A DNA stretch of 64,000 bases, taken from Saccostrea echinata. Taxonomy: Eukaryota. Made by a program: the position numbers and the translations under genes. Location: NCBI RefSeq assembly GCF_033153115.1, contig NW_026889758.1, positions 22,816,001 to 22,880,000 of the forward strand, in the 5' to 3' direction. Under the pieces are notes generated by a model. It searched no databases and was not told the DNA's origin. It saw only the letters and a program-made list of their open reading frames with translations. Below, piece after piece: positions 36,597 through 50,261 of this stretch. Within the stretch, counting starts at the first letter, position 1. Each line of letters starts with the position of its first letter.

Positions 36597-39350
36597 TGAT
36601 GGGTATACAGACCCTGGTGATAGATGTACAGCTCTAGTGATAGATAATAGAGACCCTAGTGATAGATAATATAGACCCTGGTGATAAGTATACAGACCCT
36701 TTTAATAGATAATACCTTCCTTGGTAATAGAAATACAGACGCTGGTAATAGATATACGGACCCTGGTAATAGGTCTACAGTCTCTGGTGATAGGTATACA
36801 CACCCTGGTGATGGGTACATACAGACCCTAATGACAGATAATACACACCCTTGACATAGATTTACAGATTTAGACCCTGTTCATAGATACCCAAACCATG
36901 GTGATGAGTATACAGACCCCTTGATGGGTATACAGACCCTGGAGATAGGTATACAGACTCTGGTCATTGGTATGCAGACCCTGGTGATAGGTATATAGAC
37001 CCTGGTGATAGATAATACAGACCCTGGTGATAGGTATACAGACCCTGGTGATGGGTATACAGACCCTGGTGATAGTTATACAGACCCTGGTGCTAGGTAT
37101 ACAGACCCTGGTGATGGGTATACAGACCATGGTGATAGATAATACAGACCCTGGTGATAGTTATACAGACCCTGGTGATAAGTATACAGACCCTGGTGAT
37201 GGGTAAACAGACCCTGGATATAGGTATACAGACTCTGGTCATTGGTATGCAGACCCTGGTGATAGGTATATAGACCCTGGTGATAGATAATACAGACCCT
37301 GGTGATAGGTATACAGACCCTGGTGATGGGTATACAGACCCTGGTGATAGGTATACAGACCCTGGTGATGGGTATACAGACCCTGGTGGTAGATAATACA
37401 GACCCTGGTGATAGTTATACAGACCCTGGTGATAAGTATACAGACCCTGGTGATGGGTATACAGACCCTGGATATAGGTATACAGACTCTGGTCATTGGT
37501 ATGCAGACCCTGGTGATAGGTATATAGACCCTGGTGATAGATAATACAGACCCTGGTGATAGGTATACAGACCCTGGTGATGGGTATACAGACCCTGGTG
37601 ATAGGTATAAAGACCCTGGTGATAGGTATAAGGACACTGGTGATAGGTATATAGACCCTGGTGATAGATAATACAGACCCTGGTGATGGGTATATAGACT
37701 CTGGTGATGGGCATACACACCCTTGTGATAGGTATACAGACCTTGGTGATAGGTATATAGACCCTGGTGATAGATAATACAGACCCTTGGGATAGGTATA
37801 TAGACCCTGGTGATGGGTATACAGACCCTGGTGATAGATAATACAGACCCTGGTGATAGGTATACAGACCCTGGTGATAGATAATACAGACCCTGGTGAT
37901 AGGTATACAGACCCTGGTGATGGGAATACAGCCCCTGTTGATGGGTATACAGACCCTGGTGATGGGTATATAGACCCTGGTGATAGGTATATAGACCCTG
38001 GTGATAGATAAAACGGACCCGGGTGATAGGTATACAGACCCTGGTGATGGGTTTATAGACCCTGGTGATGGGTATACAGACCCTGGTGATGGGTATACGG
38101 ACCCTGGTGATAGGTATACAGAATCTGGTGATAGGAATACAGACCCTGGTGATAAGTAAAGAGACCCGGGTGATAGGTATACAGACCTTGGTGATAGGTA
38201 TACAAACCCTGGTGATGGGTATATAGACCCTGGTGATAGGTTTATAGACCCTGGTGATGGGTATACAGACCCTGGTGATGGGTATACAGACCTTGGTGAT
38301 GGGTATATAGACCCTGGTGATAGGTACATAGACCCTGGTGATAGATAATACAGACCCTGGTGATGGGTATATAGACTCTTGTGATGGGCATACACACCCT
38401 TGTGATAGGTATACAGACCCTGGTGATAGGTATATAGACCCTGGTGATAGATAATACAGACCCTGGTGATAGGTATACAGACCCTGGTGATGGGTAAACA
38501 AACCCTGGTGATAGGTATACAGACCCTGGTGATGGGTATACAGACCCTGGTGATAGATAATACAGACCCTGGTGATGGGTATATAAACTCTGGCGATGGG
38601 CATACACACCCTTGTGATAGGTATACAGACCCTGGTGATAGGTATATAGACCCTGGTGATAGATATACAGTTCCTGGTGATAGATAATACAGTCCCTGGT
38701 GATGGATATACAGATCCTGGTGATGGGTAAACAGACCCTGGTGATAGATAATACAGACCCTGGTGATAGGTATACAGACCCTGGTGATGGGAATACAGCC
38801 CCTGTTGATGGGTATACAGACCCTGGTGATGGGTATATAGACCCTGGTGATAGGTATATAGACCCTGGTGATAGATAAAACGGACCCGGGTGATAGGTAT
38901 ACAGATCCTGGTGATGGGTTTATAGACCCTGGTGATGGGTATACAGACCCTGGTGATGGGTATACGGACCCTGGTGATAGGTATACAGAATCTGGTGATA
39001 GGTATACAGACCCTGGTGATAAGTAAAGAGACCCGGGTGATAGGTATACAGACCTTGGTGATAGGTATACAAACCCTGGTGATGGGTATATAGACCCTGG
39101 TGATAGGTTTATAGACCCTGGTGATGGGTATACAGACCCTGGTGATGGGTATACAGACCCTGGTGATGGGTATATAGACCCTGGTGATAGGTACAAAGAC
39201 CCTGGTGATAAGTATACAGACCCTGGTGATAGGTATACAGACCCTGGTGATAGGTATACAGACCCTGGTGATAGGTTTATAGACCCTGGTGATGGTATAC
39301 AAACTATGGCAATACATAAACAGATCCTGGTAATAAGTATACAAACCCTG
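36597..39350 (-). repeat. 21-bp minisatellite array, right arm, inverted relative to the left
   Basis: Unit GGTGAT(A/G)GGTATACAGACCCT. Contains a block duplication with ~867-bp spacing (marker GAGACCCGGG at 38161 and 39028). Units degenerate toward 36600-36900. Confidence 0.95.
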
Positions 39351-40346
39351 TAAAAATAATTAATTTATAAAAGAAATATATGATAAATGCATAAATAAAT
39401 CAATAAATAAATGCAANNNNNNNNNNNNNNNNNNNNNNNNNNNNNNNNNNNNNNNNNNNNNNNNNNNNNNNNNNNNNNNNNNNNNNNNNNNNNNNNNNNN
39501 NNNNNNNNNNNNNNNNNNNNNNNNNNNNNNNNNNNNNNNNNNNNNNAAGGAATGAATATAATAAATAAATAAACAAACAAATAAATGAACTTCTTAATGA
39601 ATTAATCAATTACTTAATTATTAGAATAATAAATAAATAAACAAACATGCATACAAATTAATAAATCAATGAATTAATTAATAGATAATTAATTAATGGA
39701 TGGAATAATTAATAAATGAAGGAAAGAATGTTATAAATGAATTTAAAAAAAAAAATACAAATATATATATTTTTTTAATAAATTAATCAGTTACTTAGTT
39801 AATNNNNNNNNNNNNNNNNNNNNNNNNNNNNNNNNNNNNNNNNNNNNNNNNNNNNNNNNNNNNNNNNNNNNNNNNNNNNNNNNNNNNNNNNNNNNNNNNN
39901 NNNNNNNNNNNNNNNNNNNNNNNNNNNNNNNNNNNNNNNNNNNNNNNNNNNNNNNNNNNNNNNATTTAATTTTCTGCTTTTTTAAATAAAAGTTGATCGA
40001 ATTATGCAAAAATTTCTGCATCTGACTATAGTATCATTCCGCATTACTAGTTTCTATTATATATTCCGAATTTCCTCTCTGCTGTTTTCCGATCTCGATG
40101 GAAATTTATTTCACGCATGCGCTCTGCCTGGTTATAGAGGCATATTATGTGCTCAGTTACTAATACAATCGAGATCGGTATTCCTATTTAACGATCAAAT
40201 ATGTCTGCGCCCTGTTAGTACTCATGACAAGGTGAAAAGTTAAGAGTTGCTGCTTGCATAATATGCAAGATGTACAACGTAATTTGTGACAATTTCCCTA
40301 TGGAAACTCCAGTGATTGACAAAAATGAAAGAATAGGTTTGTAACT

Positions 40347-42781
40347 ATGCCTTTGTCCGATTACGTCGCATCCTTGGGGGATAACCCTTATTTCGGTGCC
40401 GGGTTTGGGTTATTTGGAGTAGGGTTTGCAGCAACTTTGCTCAGAAAAGGAGCCCAGTTTGGATTTGTTTGGTTTCGAAGAAACTGTATGATTACACTGG
40501 AAATTCCTAACAGAGATAAAAGTTACCACTGGTTACTCAACTGGATCACGACTCACGGCACCCGTACACATCATGTCAGTGTAGAGACAACATTCAAACA
40601 AACAGAAACTGGTCGCATTTACACAAAATTTGATCTCATTCCAAGCCCAGGCATCCATCTTTTCTGGTATAAAAACAACTGGATCCGTGTAGAGAGGACT
40701 GTAGAAAAGGGTGCAGTGTCGTTACAGACTGGTAAACCATACGAAAGTGTTCTTTTAACGGCTCTGGGGATCAATAAAACATTATTTTTGGACATATTGG
40801 AGGATGCCAGGACACTAGCCCTAGTGAGTGAAGAGGGCAAGACAGTGATGTATACACCCATGGGGGCAGACTGGGTTCCCTTTGGATATCCAAGGAGGAA
40901 AAGACCAATAGACTCGGTTATTCTGGATCAAGGAGTGTCTGAGAAACTTTTAACAGACATTAAAGAATTCATTGAAAATCCCAAGTGGTATTTTGATCGT
41001 GGTATTCCATACAGAAGAGGTTATCTCTTATATGGTCCCCCTGGGTGTGGGAAAAGTAGCTACATTACAGCACTGGCAGGTATTCTAAGTAGATGAAAGC
41101 CCTCGCTTCAAATTTTTATAAGATTTTGTTTTTATTTATTTAAAGCCATAATTTTGAAATACATTTTTAAAGAATTTGAAACTCTATTTTCCTAATTATA
41201 AAATCCTTTTTGTTAACCATCCTCCTGACAGATCTAAAAACAGCATGGTAATATTTGAGAAAAAATGTACAGACATGCATTCTCCTGGTTTTACAATGAA
41301 AAAAAAAAAACCAAATGGGTTAATGCATAAAATTAGGGTAACTGTAAACAAACATATTATTTCATGGGCCTAATGAGGTACACATTATGCATAAATCAGA
41401 ATTTTTAAAAGTGCAAAATAACAGCTATATAACAGAATGACTTGAATATATTTTAAAATGCATATGTACATATTCAACATGTTTTATTGTTATACCTTTA
41501 AAAGTTGGTTCCTATATAAATCTATACTTTAAAAAGTCTAACATTTCCAAGTTTTAGTGCAAGTAAAGGGAAGCCAGCACAAGATACAAGTATATGAAAA
41601 AAAAATTAAAGGTATACTGTTGACTGTGTTTTCAGGCAGAATGTCTTTTGTCGACCCCTCGAACCAAACTGTTTGCCTTGGGCCTAACAGCATCAGGCAA
41701 ACAGTTTGGTTCTTGGGTCTGACAAATTGCATGTTGCCCAAAAACAGAGTCAATAAATATATATTATTATAAAATACATGTATCAATCTGAACAGGACAG
41801 TTGGATTACAGTATATGCCTTATGAATCTGAATGACAGAGGAATGTCTGATGATCGTCTAAACCACTTACTCACCACTGCCCCAGAACAAAGTATCATAT
41901 TACTAGAGGATATTGATGCTGCATTCCTCAACAGGGACTTGGCAAAAGAAAGTATGTCAGTGTTGCAAATGTCAGAGGAAAAAAATTAAGTCTCAAATGG
42001 GACTCAGAATTAATCCCTAGTATAAACGCTAGATAGCACACTAATTTCAATATGTAAAAGAGTAGTGTTAATGTATAAAGATATGCTCACATTTCTAAAA
42101 GATTCTGATGGAGACTTGTGGATAAGATAATTTCAGTGATTTGAAATTTAATCATAACATCTGTCTTGGGTATGTTCAGAGATATAAATAATGTTATTTT
42201 TGTCTCAGGTATATTACATATATGTATGTGCACACAAATGTTAAAGTTGAAAATTTTTTATAAGATGGCATTCTTTAAATTTTCAGATCCTACCATGTAC
42301 CAGGGAATGGGCCGTTTGACTCTCAGTGGACTTTTGAATGCTCTAGATGGTGTGGCTTCAGCTGAGGCTCGCATAATATTTATGACAACAAACTACATTG
42401 AAAGGTAATAAATACAGGTTATGAAATGATTCTTTCCTCCAAAAATTACAAACATACATGTATCTTTATGTTTCCATGTTATGTTAGCAAAAAGTCTGAC
42501 ACTTTAAGAGTTTTTTTGTTTGAAGACTTGATGCTGCTCTCATCCGACCAGGACGTGTAGACTTGAAGGAAATGATTGATTATGCTACAGATTATCAATT
42601 AGAAAAAATGTACACAAGATTTTACCCTGAGGAGGGGGAAGAGGGAGGAAAGAAATTCAGTTCTCTTGTGAGACAACATAACAAGCCAGTGTCTGCTGCT
42701 CAGGTACAAGGACTCTTTCTGCAATACAAGGACAACCCGAAAGGAGCCCTGTCCAATATAGAACTCCTCTGGTCATCATGA
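40347..42781 (+). CDS. BCS1L: Mitochondrial chaperone BCS1 (AAA ATPase, complex III assembly), 420 aa
   Basis: Exons 40347-41079, 41796-41951, 42287-42404, 42526-42781 (1263 nt, GT/AG). N-terminal [79 protein letters not shown] at ~42825. Confidence 0.97.
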
Positions 42782-43577
42782 CGGGGACTTTGTGAAATTT
42801 ACTTAATATGTGTTGATTTTAAACAATAAATTTAAAAAAAATATAGAAAGCAGATTGGATATATTTGTTTTTAAAACATATGCTTCAGAGTTACAGTAGA
42901 AATGTGATTTTCTTAATTAACATATTTTAACACATATCTGTAGACTGAAACTGACTTGACCAGATTTACAAAACAAAACAAAAAATCATGAACATCTTGA
43001 TAAGTTTCACTAATAATAGACAAAATTATAAAAGTATTGAAAGTAATTAAAGACTGATCTTACTCTCTCTACTAGCATTTTTATTAAAAAGTTTTAACAT
43101 GCCTTTATATACATGATTTCTTACGTATACAGTACCTCCGAATTTGTTGAAACAGCTTTTCTAGGAAAATTCTCACATCTTAATTAATATTTAATACGCA
43201 TTGAAATACAAACATCAAAGATAAGCATTGGAATGATAAAGCATATACATTAAATAAGGCATGGTGAAGAACCAACATTTTTCTTTTGAAATAACCTGCC
43301 AAGTTTTGGATAAAATACAAGGGACGTAACTAGTTTTTTAAGAATTAAGTCTTTGTATTTACACATTGTATAAATTAGGAAAGAATACATAACATGATCT
43401 TTCATACATTGAATTATTATTCTTTATAACACAGAAAATGATAAACATAGGTAATCAAAGATTACAGAGCTCACCTCAAGCAAGTCAAAGTCCTATGCAG
43501 ACCTAATAATCCAATATTAGTGTGTATCCTTGGATATGATATTTATGCAATTTTAATCCAGGCAGGGCTTGACGTTA

Positions 43578-43755
43578 CTTAAGAAATAATGCCCGGGTCA
43601 GAGGAATTTTTGGGAAATAAACCCCTATAGTCAAGGATTTTGTTGGCAAATAAAAACTGAGCCCGAAGGGTGGGGTTTTTATTTGCCAAAAAAAACTTGA
43701 GACTGAGGGATATATTTTCCAACGATTCCTCCGACGGGGGAATTATTTCTATTCT
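43578..43755. mobile_element. Terminal hairpin of a Crypton-like element, family D (partial)
   Basis: Imperfect ~175-bp hairpin AGAAATAAT…TTGGCAAATAAAAAC…CCCGAAGGG (43662-43670)…GTTTTTATTTGCCAA…ATTATTTCT. Confidence 0.55.
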
Positions 43756-44039
43756 TCTACGGTGATTATTTAAGCTTCTGTATAGAGAAATGCAAAAGCT
43801 AGATTTGGACATCGTCAAAAGTGTCTTTTGACGTCGCAATCGAATACTACTCCTCATTCATTTGTATCTCAAGCATTAGAAAAATTGCCATATAATCCGA
43901 ACCAAAAGTAAATTTTTTCCCACCACTTTACATCACAATCAAAAGATACCTCAATCCTTTTCCTAGTAAACACAATCAAAATTAGAGGAAACCTGACAAA
44001 TGTGACTTATTGGAGAATAATAGCTACAGCATCTCTTTG

Positions 44040-44830
44040 CGATAACCATAGTAGAATTGGAATTAAGACTCATTCTAAAACTTTAAACTGGTCATTCAAC
44101 CAGAAAATGCAGGTCAGATCAAGCATACAAAGCAAGTCTGTTAGTGTGCATCTCTTGATACATCATCCATACAAGTTTGGTTCAGTAAGCCTTAAAGTTA
44201 CTTGGGAATGGACCTGCTCAAAAGACTTACACCTTGTCACTGATTTAGAAAGCATAGGTCAGATCCAGCATGCAAAGAAGTCTGGTGGCATACATCCCTA
44301 GATTTATAATCAATGCAACTTTGCTTTGTGAAGGGCTAAAATTTAAACTGGAACAGAACTGCTCCAAAACCTTTAACTTGGTCACTCATCCAGAAAATGT
44401 AGGTCAAATCCAGCATCCAAAGCAATTCTGGTAGTGTGCACCCCTAAATGCATTATCCATGCAAGTATGGTCTAGATTGGGCTTGAAGTTACACTGGAAT
44501 GAACCTGCTCCAAAAACTTTCATCTGGATAATTGAGTCAAATCTAGCATCCAAAGCGAGTTTGGTAGTGTGCATCCTTAGATGTGTCATTCCTGCAATTT
44601 TGGTCAATATAGGACTTTATATATAATTACTTTGAAATGAAACCTGCTCCAATAACTTTTACCTGTTCCAAAAACATTAGCTGGTCATTCCTTAGCTAAA
44701 TTTGCAGCATCTGAAACCTGACTGGTACAATGAAACACACTAGAAGCATTGCCCATGCATCTCTGATCAATATGAGTTATAGAATTATTTGAAAAGAAAA
44801 CTGCTCCAAAAACTTCAAGCTGGGAAACCT
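44040..44830. repeat. Degenerate tandem repeat of a HINE-associated family, also at ~51930-52680
   Basis: Recurring GGTCAGATCCAGCATC…GCAAGTCTGGTAGTGTGCA…CATCCATGCAAGTTTGG…CCTGCTCCAAAAACTT units. Confidence 0.6.
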
Positions 44831-45359
44831 CCACCAAGGGTATTATATAAGCTCCCCCAACTCCGTTGAGTTGAACTTAAGTTTACATACATATCCCAGA
44901 ATCAAACCAAAGAATAAATACCGGTAAATCCCTCTAGTTATGCCAACAAGGAAAGAAGTACACAAATATAAATTGTTTAATAAAATGTTTATTTTGTAAT
45001 CAAATACAAAACATTTTTTAACAATGACTGACAAGATGATGACAGTTAATACAAAAAGTTCAAAAGATTAAAACAAAGAAATAAAGGGAACACAGATGTG
45101 AAGATTATTTCTGTAAAATAGTACGTGTGTCAGATTGGCCCCACTGTTCAGTGAACTTACAATCTACAGCCTCAGATATTAAGACTGTTATATACTGCTT
45201 AGTACGTGATTCAGTATTTGTAAAGTACATTATGTAGTCATAATCATATCAAGACTTTAATTTACTGGAAGGTAATGTCTACTACTGCTCCAGCCACTGA
45301 ACTTTTTAAGTGAACACCTGCGATAACTAACCTATTTTTGCATTATTTTAAGCTGTAGC

Positions 45360-46911
45360 TCAGCGAGGAGAAGTCTGAACACAGGCATCAACCTTAGGAG
45401 CCTTACTTCTTTTAACTTTGCGTCGAGTTGAAGAAGGTTTTGATATACTGCCTGTGAATGAAAAAGTAGTTGAAATCTCACTAAACACAATCTGAGGAGG
45501 ATGTTGGGTACAAGTTTGTGATTAATTTTGTATGTAAATCATGATAATAAAACTTATCACTAACAAAAACAACATTTAATGACCTACACTGCATAACAGT
45601 GCACATTTCAATATAAAAAATACATATACTTATTAACAAAACTGATTAAAAACACAAGCCTAAAAAATAAAAAAAAAATAAAGAAGAAATGATTCAAATA
45701 TCATTTACAACCATGTTTTTCACTAAAAAAATTTCTTTACAATTAAAACCATATTCCATATCACTAGGTATGCTATAAAATTTAGTCTGAAAAAATAGAT
45801 ATCAAATCAAATTAAGACACAGAACACATCGAAATCCAGGAAGTACCTTTAGCTGGAGATTTCACAGGACTTTTGACCGTCTGAACTTTTGCTGGACTTT
45901 TACGAGGACTCTTTACAGGCTCACCATTAATCGGTGCTTGACTTTGAGGTGCTGAGACTTTCGGTGTGCCTCTACCTCTTGCTGTCTTGGGTGTGCCTTG
46001 TCGGGGCTTGGCAGATGGTTTTGGTGTAGTTTGACGACAGCCTGATGTGGCCACTGCTTTTGGAGTTCCTTTGACTTTTTCCACTGCTGTTTTCTTGGGA
46101 CTGGAAGCTTCTGCAGCTACATCACTTTTCCTCTTAATTCCCTTCTAATAGAAAATTTAAATGCATATGCTTTTGCCTTATAGATGAAAAGTAACAAAAT
46201 ATTTTGTTCAAACTGGCTTCTGAGCACTCCTTTTTTTCCATCTGCCATAAAATTTAGTCCCATGCACTTTCCACATTTTGTTTAAATAAATCAAAATTTT
46301 ATTTAAACTCCAGATACTGTGTGTCATATAAACATTTTTTGAGTAATAATTGGTCTTACCAGTGTTATATTTTCAAAGTCAGCCAAATTACAGTACCTCT
46401 TAATACAATGAAAAAAAAAAACCCGAGTATTTCACAGTTCTGGGCAGAGGTGCCTCAGGGGAAGTAACAATTGAGTTCAGAAATAAACATTGGTATTAAA
46501 TTTGATGGACTTATAAAGATCCCTCTGTTACTGTTTATGTTGTTCAGTAATATGTGAAACATTTCAATATATATACATTTGCTGTGGTTTTCTATCAAGT
46601 CAACTGTGAAATTGATTTGAAAGCCATTTTTGTGTATACTCACACGTAAAAATATACACGGAGAAACCCGTGCTAAAGTGACGTCACATTAAGGCTACAG
46701 AGACGTTAATAAAACTATGACGATATTGAGCAGCGAGAAATTCAAACATTGAGTATATTTTTGGTGCATTTAACATGCAAAATGTAAATATAAGGAATGT
46801 TTTTTTAGTTTAGTGTGAATTATTGGTGTGTAAATCACACAGACTTGCACGTAGGCATACTTTTCATGAAGCGCTAGCACTTCCCCTTTATGCAATAATA
46901 CTTTGTGGCAT

Positions 46912-46942
<31 letters not shown>

Positions 46943-46950
46943 GAAGAAGT

Positions 46951-46993
<43 letters not shown>

Positions 46994-47019
46994 TGGACAC
47001 TGGACAAAATGTGATCAGT

Positions 47020-47056
<37 letters not shown>

Positions 47057-50000
47057 GAAAAGTGAAAATTCCAACCTGTGGAATTAATTCTCTATACAGA
47101 ATAGTGTGACTATGTAAGATGATTTGAATATTACCTTTGATGGAGCACCAGCAATGGGAAGATTGAGCTTCCATTCATCTTTCACTCCTAATTTCTTTAA
47201 TCCATCATGAAACAATGCCCTGTACTTATCATAATCTGGTTTCTCCTCATAACCCAATTTTGACACCAGGGTCAGAAACTTTGATATTTCATCTAAAACA
47301 GAAAGATACCTAAATACTTTATCACAATATTAATAAAAGTATGTTTTGAGCAAATTTAAATTCACTAGTTAGATTTTATATTTTAAAGATCAACATTTAG
47401 AAACACTAGAGAAAGATCTCACTGACTGTACTGTTAACCACCAGAGAATAAAACAAAAATCTTTGAATCTGATCCACCACTGGCATTAAGTCTGAGAAAT
47501 GACATTCTTACTGCAGTGTTGTCTAATACCTTGTGTTTCTCCTTTTCGGAAACAAGCTCTTGTCAGTGAAGGAATGTCTTTCATATACCTACAAAATTAA
47601 TCTGAAAAGTAACAAATCTTACCTAATGTCTTCTTATTTAAAAAAAAATTGGATCTTCATTTTAATTCCATCTTTATAATTGTTAATAATTTAAAATAAG
47701 GTACTGTACATGTTTCATGGCAATATACTTTACAGAGTAAAATAACTTGAAAATTAAAACTAGAAATATGTCCATAGGATATGAATGCCCCACCCAAAGT
47801 ATATTTGTATTGCAACATGGAAATGCACTCTGTCTTACCAATTAGTACTTGTATACAAAGTTTTATTAAAATATCTTGAATGCTTTTTTAGAAACTCAGG
47901 TAACCGCAAAATGAAGAAATTCTGGATGTCAAAGTGAGAAAAAATGACACAGTCGAATTGCTCTTACCAATATGTATCAAAGCATATGAATCTTCAAAAG
48001 TGCTGTTTCAGGTAATGGAAATGTCAAAACATTAGAAAGGTCAGGGTCACAAAATTATGACAGGATCAGAGTTACAATACAGTTTAATATTTCTGATCAA
48101 TATGCATCAATGTTTGAGTTTTTATGAAAAACATATTGGAGTTTCTTCTAAACTGTTCTCAATACAAAATAATGAATAGTGAGGCCACTGAAGGTCACAG
48201 GGAAGGTCAAGTCAGAAAATTTTGACACAGTTGAATAGCTCTTAATAATTTGTATCATTGTATGAAAGAACGAGGCTTTTTGATTGGCATTCGGCAGGAA
48301 TCTGGGTGCACTTGAAAAGTGAAAATTTCATTGATCTGTTACATGAAATTTTAGCATTCTTTTGATGTATCGGGTTCCTGTGAATTAGGAAAGGGAAATA
48401 TTTTCTCAATTTTGTATTTTGATATGCTAAGGAAGAACATGAAAATTGGCTAGATGAGTCATTTGGAACAAAATGTTACATTTTCAAACACCTTTTTCTA
48501 AAAATTTGCTACCTCTGGGTCATCTCTCCATGATTTTGAAATGTTATTTGTGTGCATTTTAATTCAAAGAGACTAACGAACATTTGTCAAAAATGGATCG
48601 AAGACCCATAGACTATAAAAAATTAACTTTTTTCAAAAAAAATTCCAATATGTAAATGCGGTGTTTCATTCTCGCTTTAAAAACTGTAAAGATTGTGTAT
48701 CAGTGCTAGCTCAGTAGTATGAGTTACTCGTCCAGTGCAATGATGAAAAAATATTTTTGGTTCGATCCTCACATGGAGTGTTAATATTTTTTTTAGTATA
48801 AACAATCAATTATTTTCACAGTTTAATTTTATGTACTGATTTATCTTCAAATAGATAAATTCTGGTTCTGTTGCACCGAAAGCGAAAGCAATTCTTCCAA
48901 CCTACTGATACTTTAATATATACATGTACATGTACTTGTAATTGCATTTAATTATACCCTATAGGTGTTTACTATTTATGTGAAGTGTTACTGAGTTTTA
49001 CATGTAGTAATTATTAAGATAAGCGGACTGATATATTAAATTTAACAAAGTATTTCAAACTAAATGTAACATTTTTCCATGTGCGTTACTTTGTAAAGTA
49101 TGTCCAGCTGTGGTCAGCCGACCAAATCGTAGACATTTAAACTATAAATGTTTCGTACGCCTTATTCCTGCAGATCACACACCAAATACACCCATCTTTT
49201 TTGATGAAAACTTCATAAACATGCCTTTGAAACTAAGATACATTGTAAATGCAAAATGAGGAATAGTGGGGTCAAGGTAATCTCTAAGTAAAATACATGT
49301 AAAATACATGTATTTAACCCAAATTTTACCTGCATTTTACATATCAAAATAAGATTATTAGTACCTAATTTTGGAATCAGCAACATAGTCTTTATCCAAT
49401 AAATTATCTTCCCAGGGCAGTTTGCCACAGAGCCACTGTAACATACAGAAGGCTAAAATCTCCATGTCACCTCTACGAGAAGGAGCTGAAAAAAATACAA
49501 GAATTTTGGATGCTAAATAAAGTATACTCTTTGTAAACGAAATTATCTGTAAAAAAAAATACCATTATGCATACAACTTATCATATATTTGAGGAGAAGG
49601 TTGCAAAGAAATCAGATAAGAAAATGGCAGAAATCTGTTACTTTGCAACAAGAGGCCCCAGGGCCTAGAATCACTCTTCTGATAAATAGTGCAACCCTTC
49701 ACTTCTATTCTAAGACTCTTAGTTTTGTAAATAAATAGAAAAAGCCTTGAAATTCCAAAGGTAGGTCATCATGACCTACTTTCAGCTTTAACACTCTGAG
49801 AACCAACTATGCATCAACTGACGAAGTTTGATGATTCTAAGCCTCTTATTATCTGAAATATTCAGATATAGCCATGAAATTCCAACAAAAGGTCCATGGG
49901 CCAGATCGCTCACCTGAGTACTTTGGCTAAGAAAGAATAGAAATTAGTTCATGTATTGAAAAGCTTAAATATAAAAGAGGTCGGGTGAGGGGGGGTTGGG

Positions 50001-50226
50001 GGGTTGGAACAAACTTAAATCTACCTGAGGATGCTTCTAAATTAATATGACTATTAATGGCTTTGCTGTTCTTGAGAAGAATTTTTTTTCTTTGCTTAAC
50101 TAAGATCACCTTTTATGATCTCTCTATACTCCTGATTTGAACAAACTTGAAGCTACACTACCTGAGGATGCTTCCATATAAATATGACCAATCATGGCTT
50201 TGTTGTTCTTGAGAAGTATCACCCAT

Positions 50227-50261
<35 letters not shown>

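Larger units (their letters stand above)
26324..40141. mobile_element. Giant foldback-like element (~13.8 kb) with modular inverted arms
   Basis: GCCTCTATAACCAG at 26324 and CTGGTTATAGAGGC ending at 40141. The inverted match continues through ~200 bp of unique sequence, an AT-rich block (26520-27000 / 39355-39990) and the 21-bp arrays. The arms differ by scattered substitutions. No TSD or transposase was identified. Confidence 0.85.

Noticed and set aside
36870-39344. 701-aa and 567-aa repetitive ORFs
   Set aside because: Same minisatellite in inverted orientation; frame rotation by 22-bp units explains them.
39365-40021. ORFs containing X runs
   Set aside because: Artefacts of N gaps.
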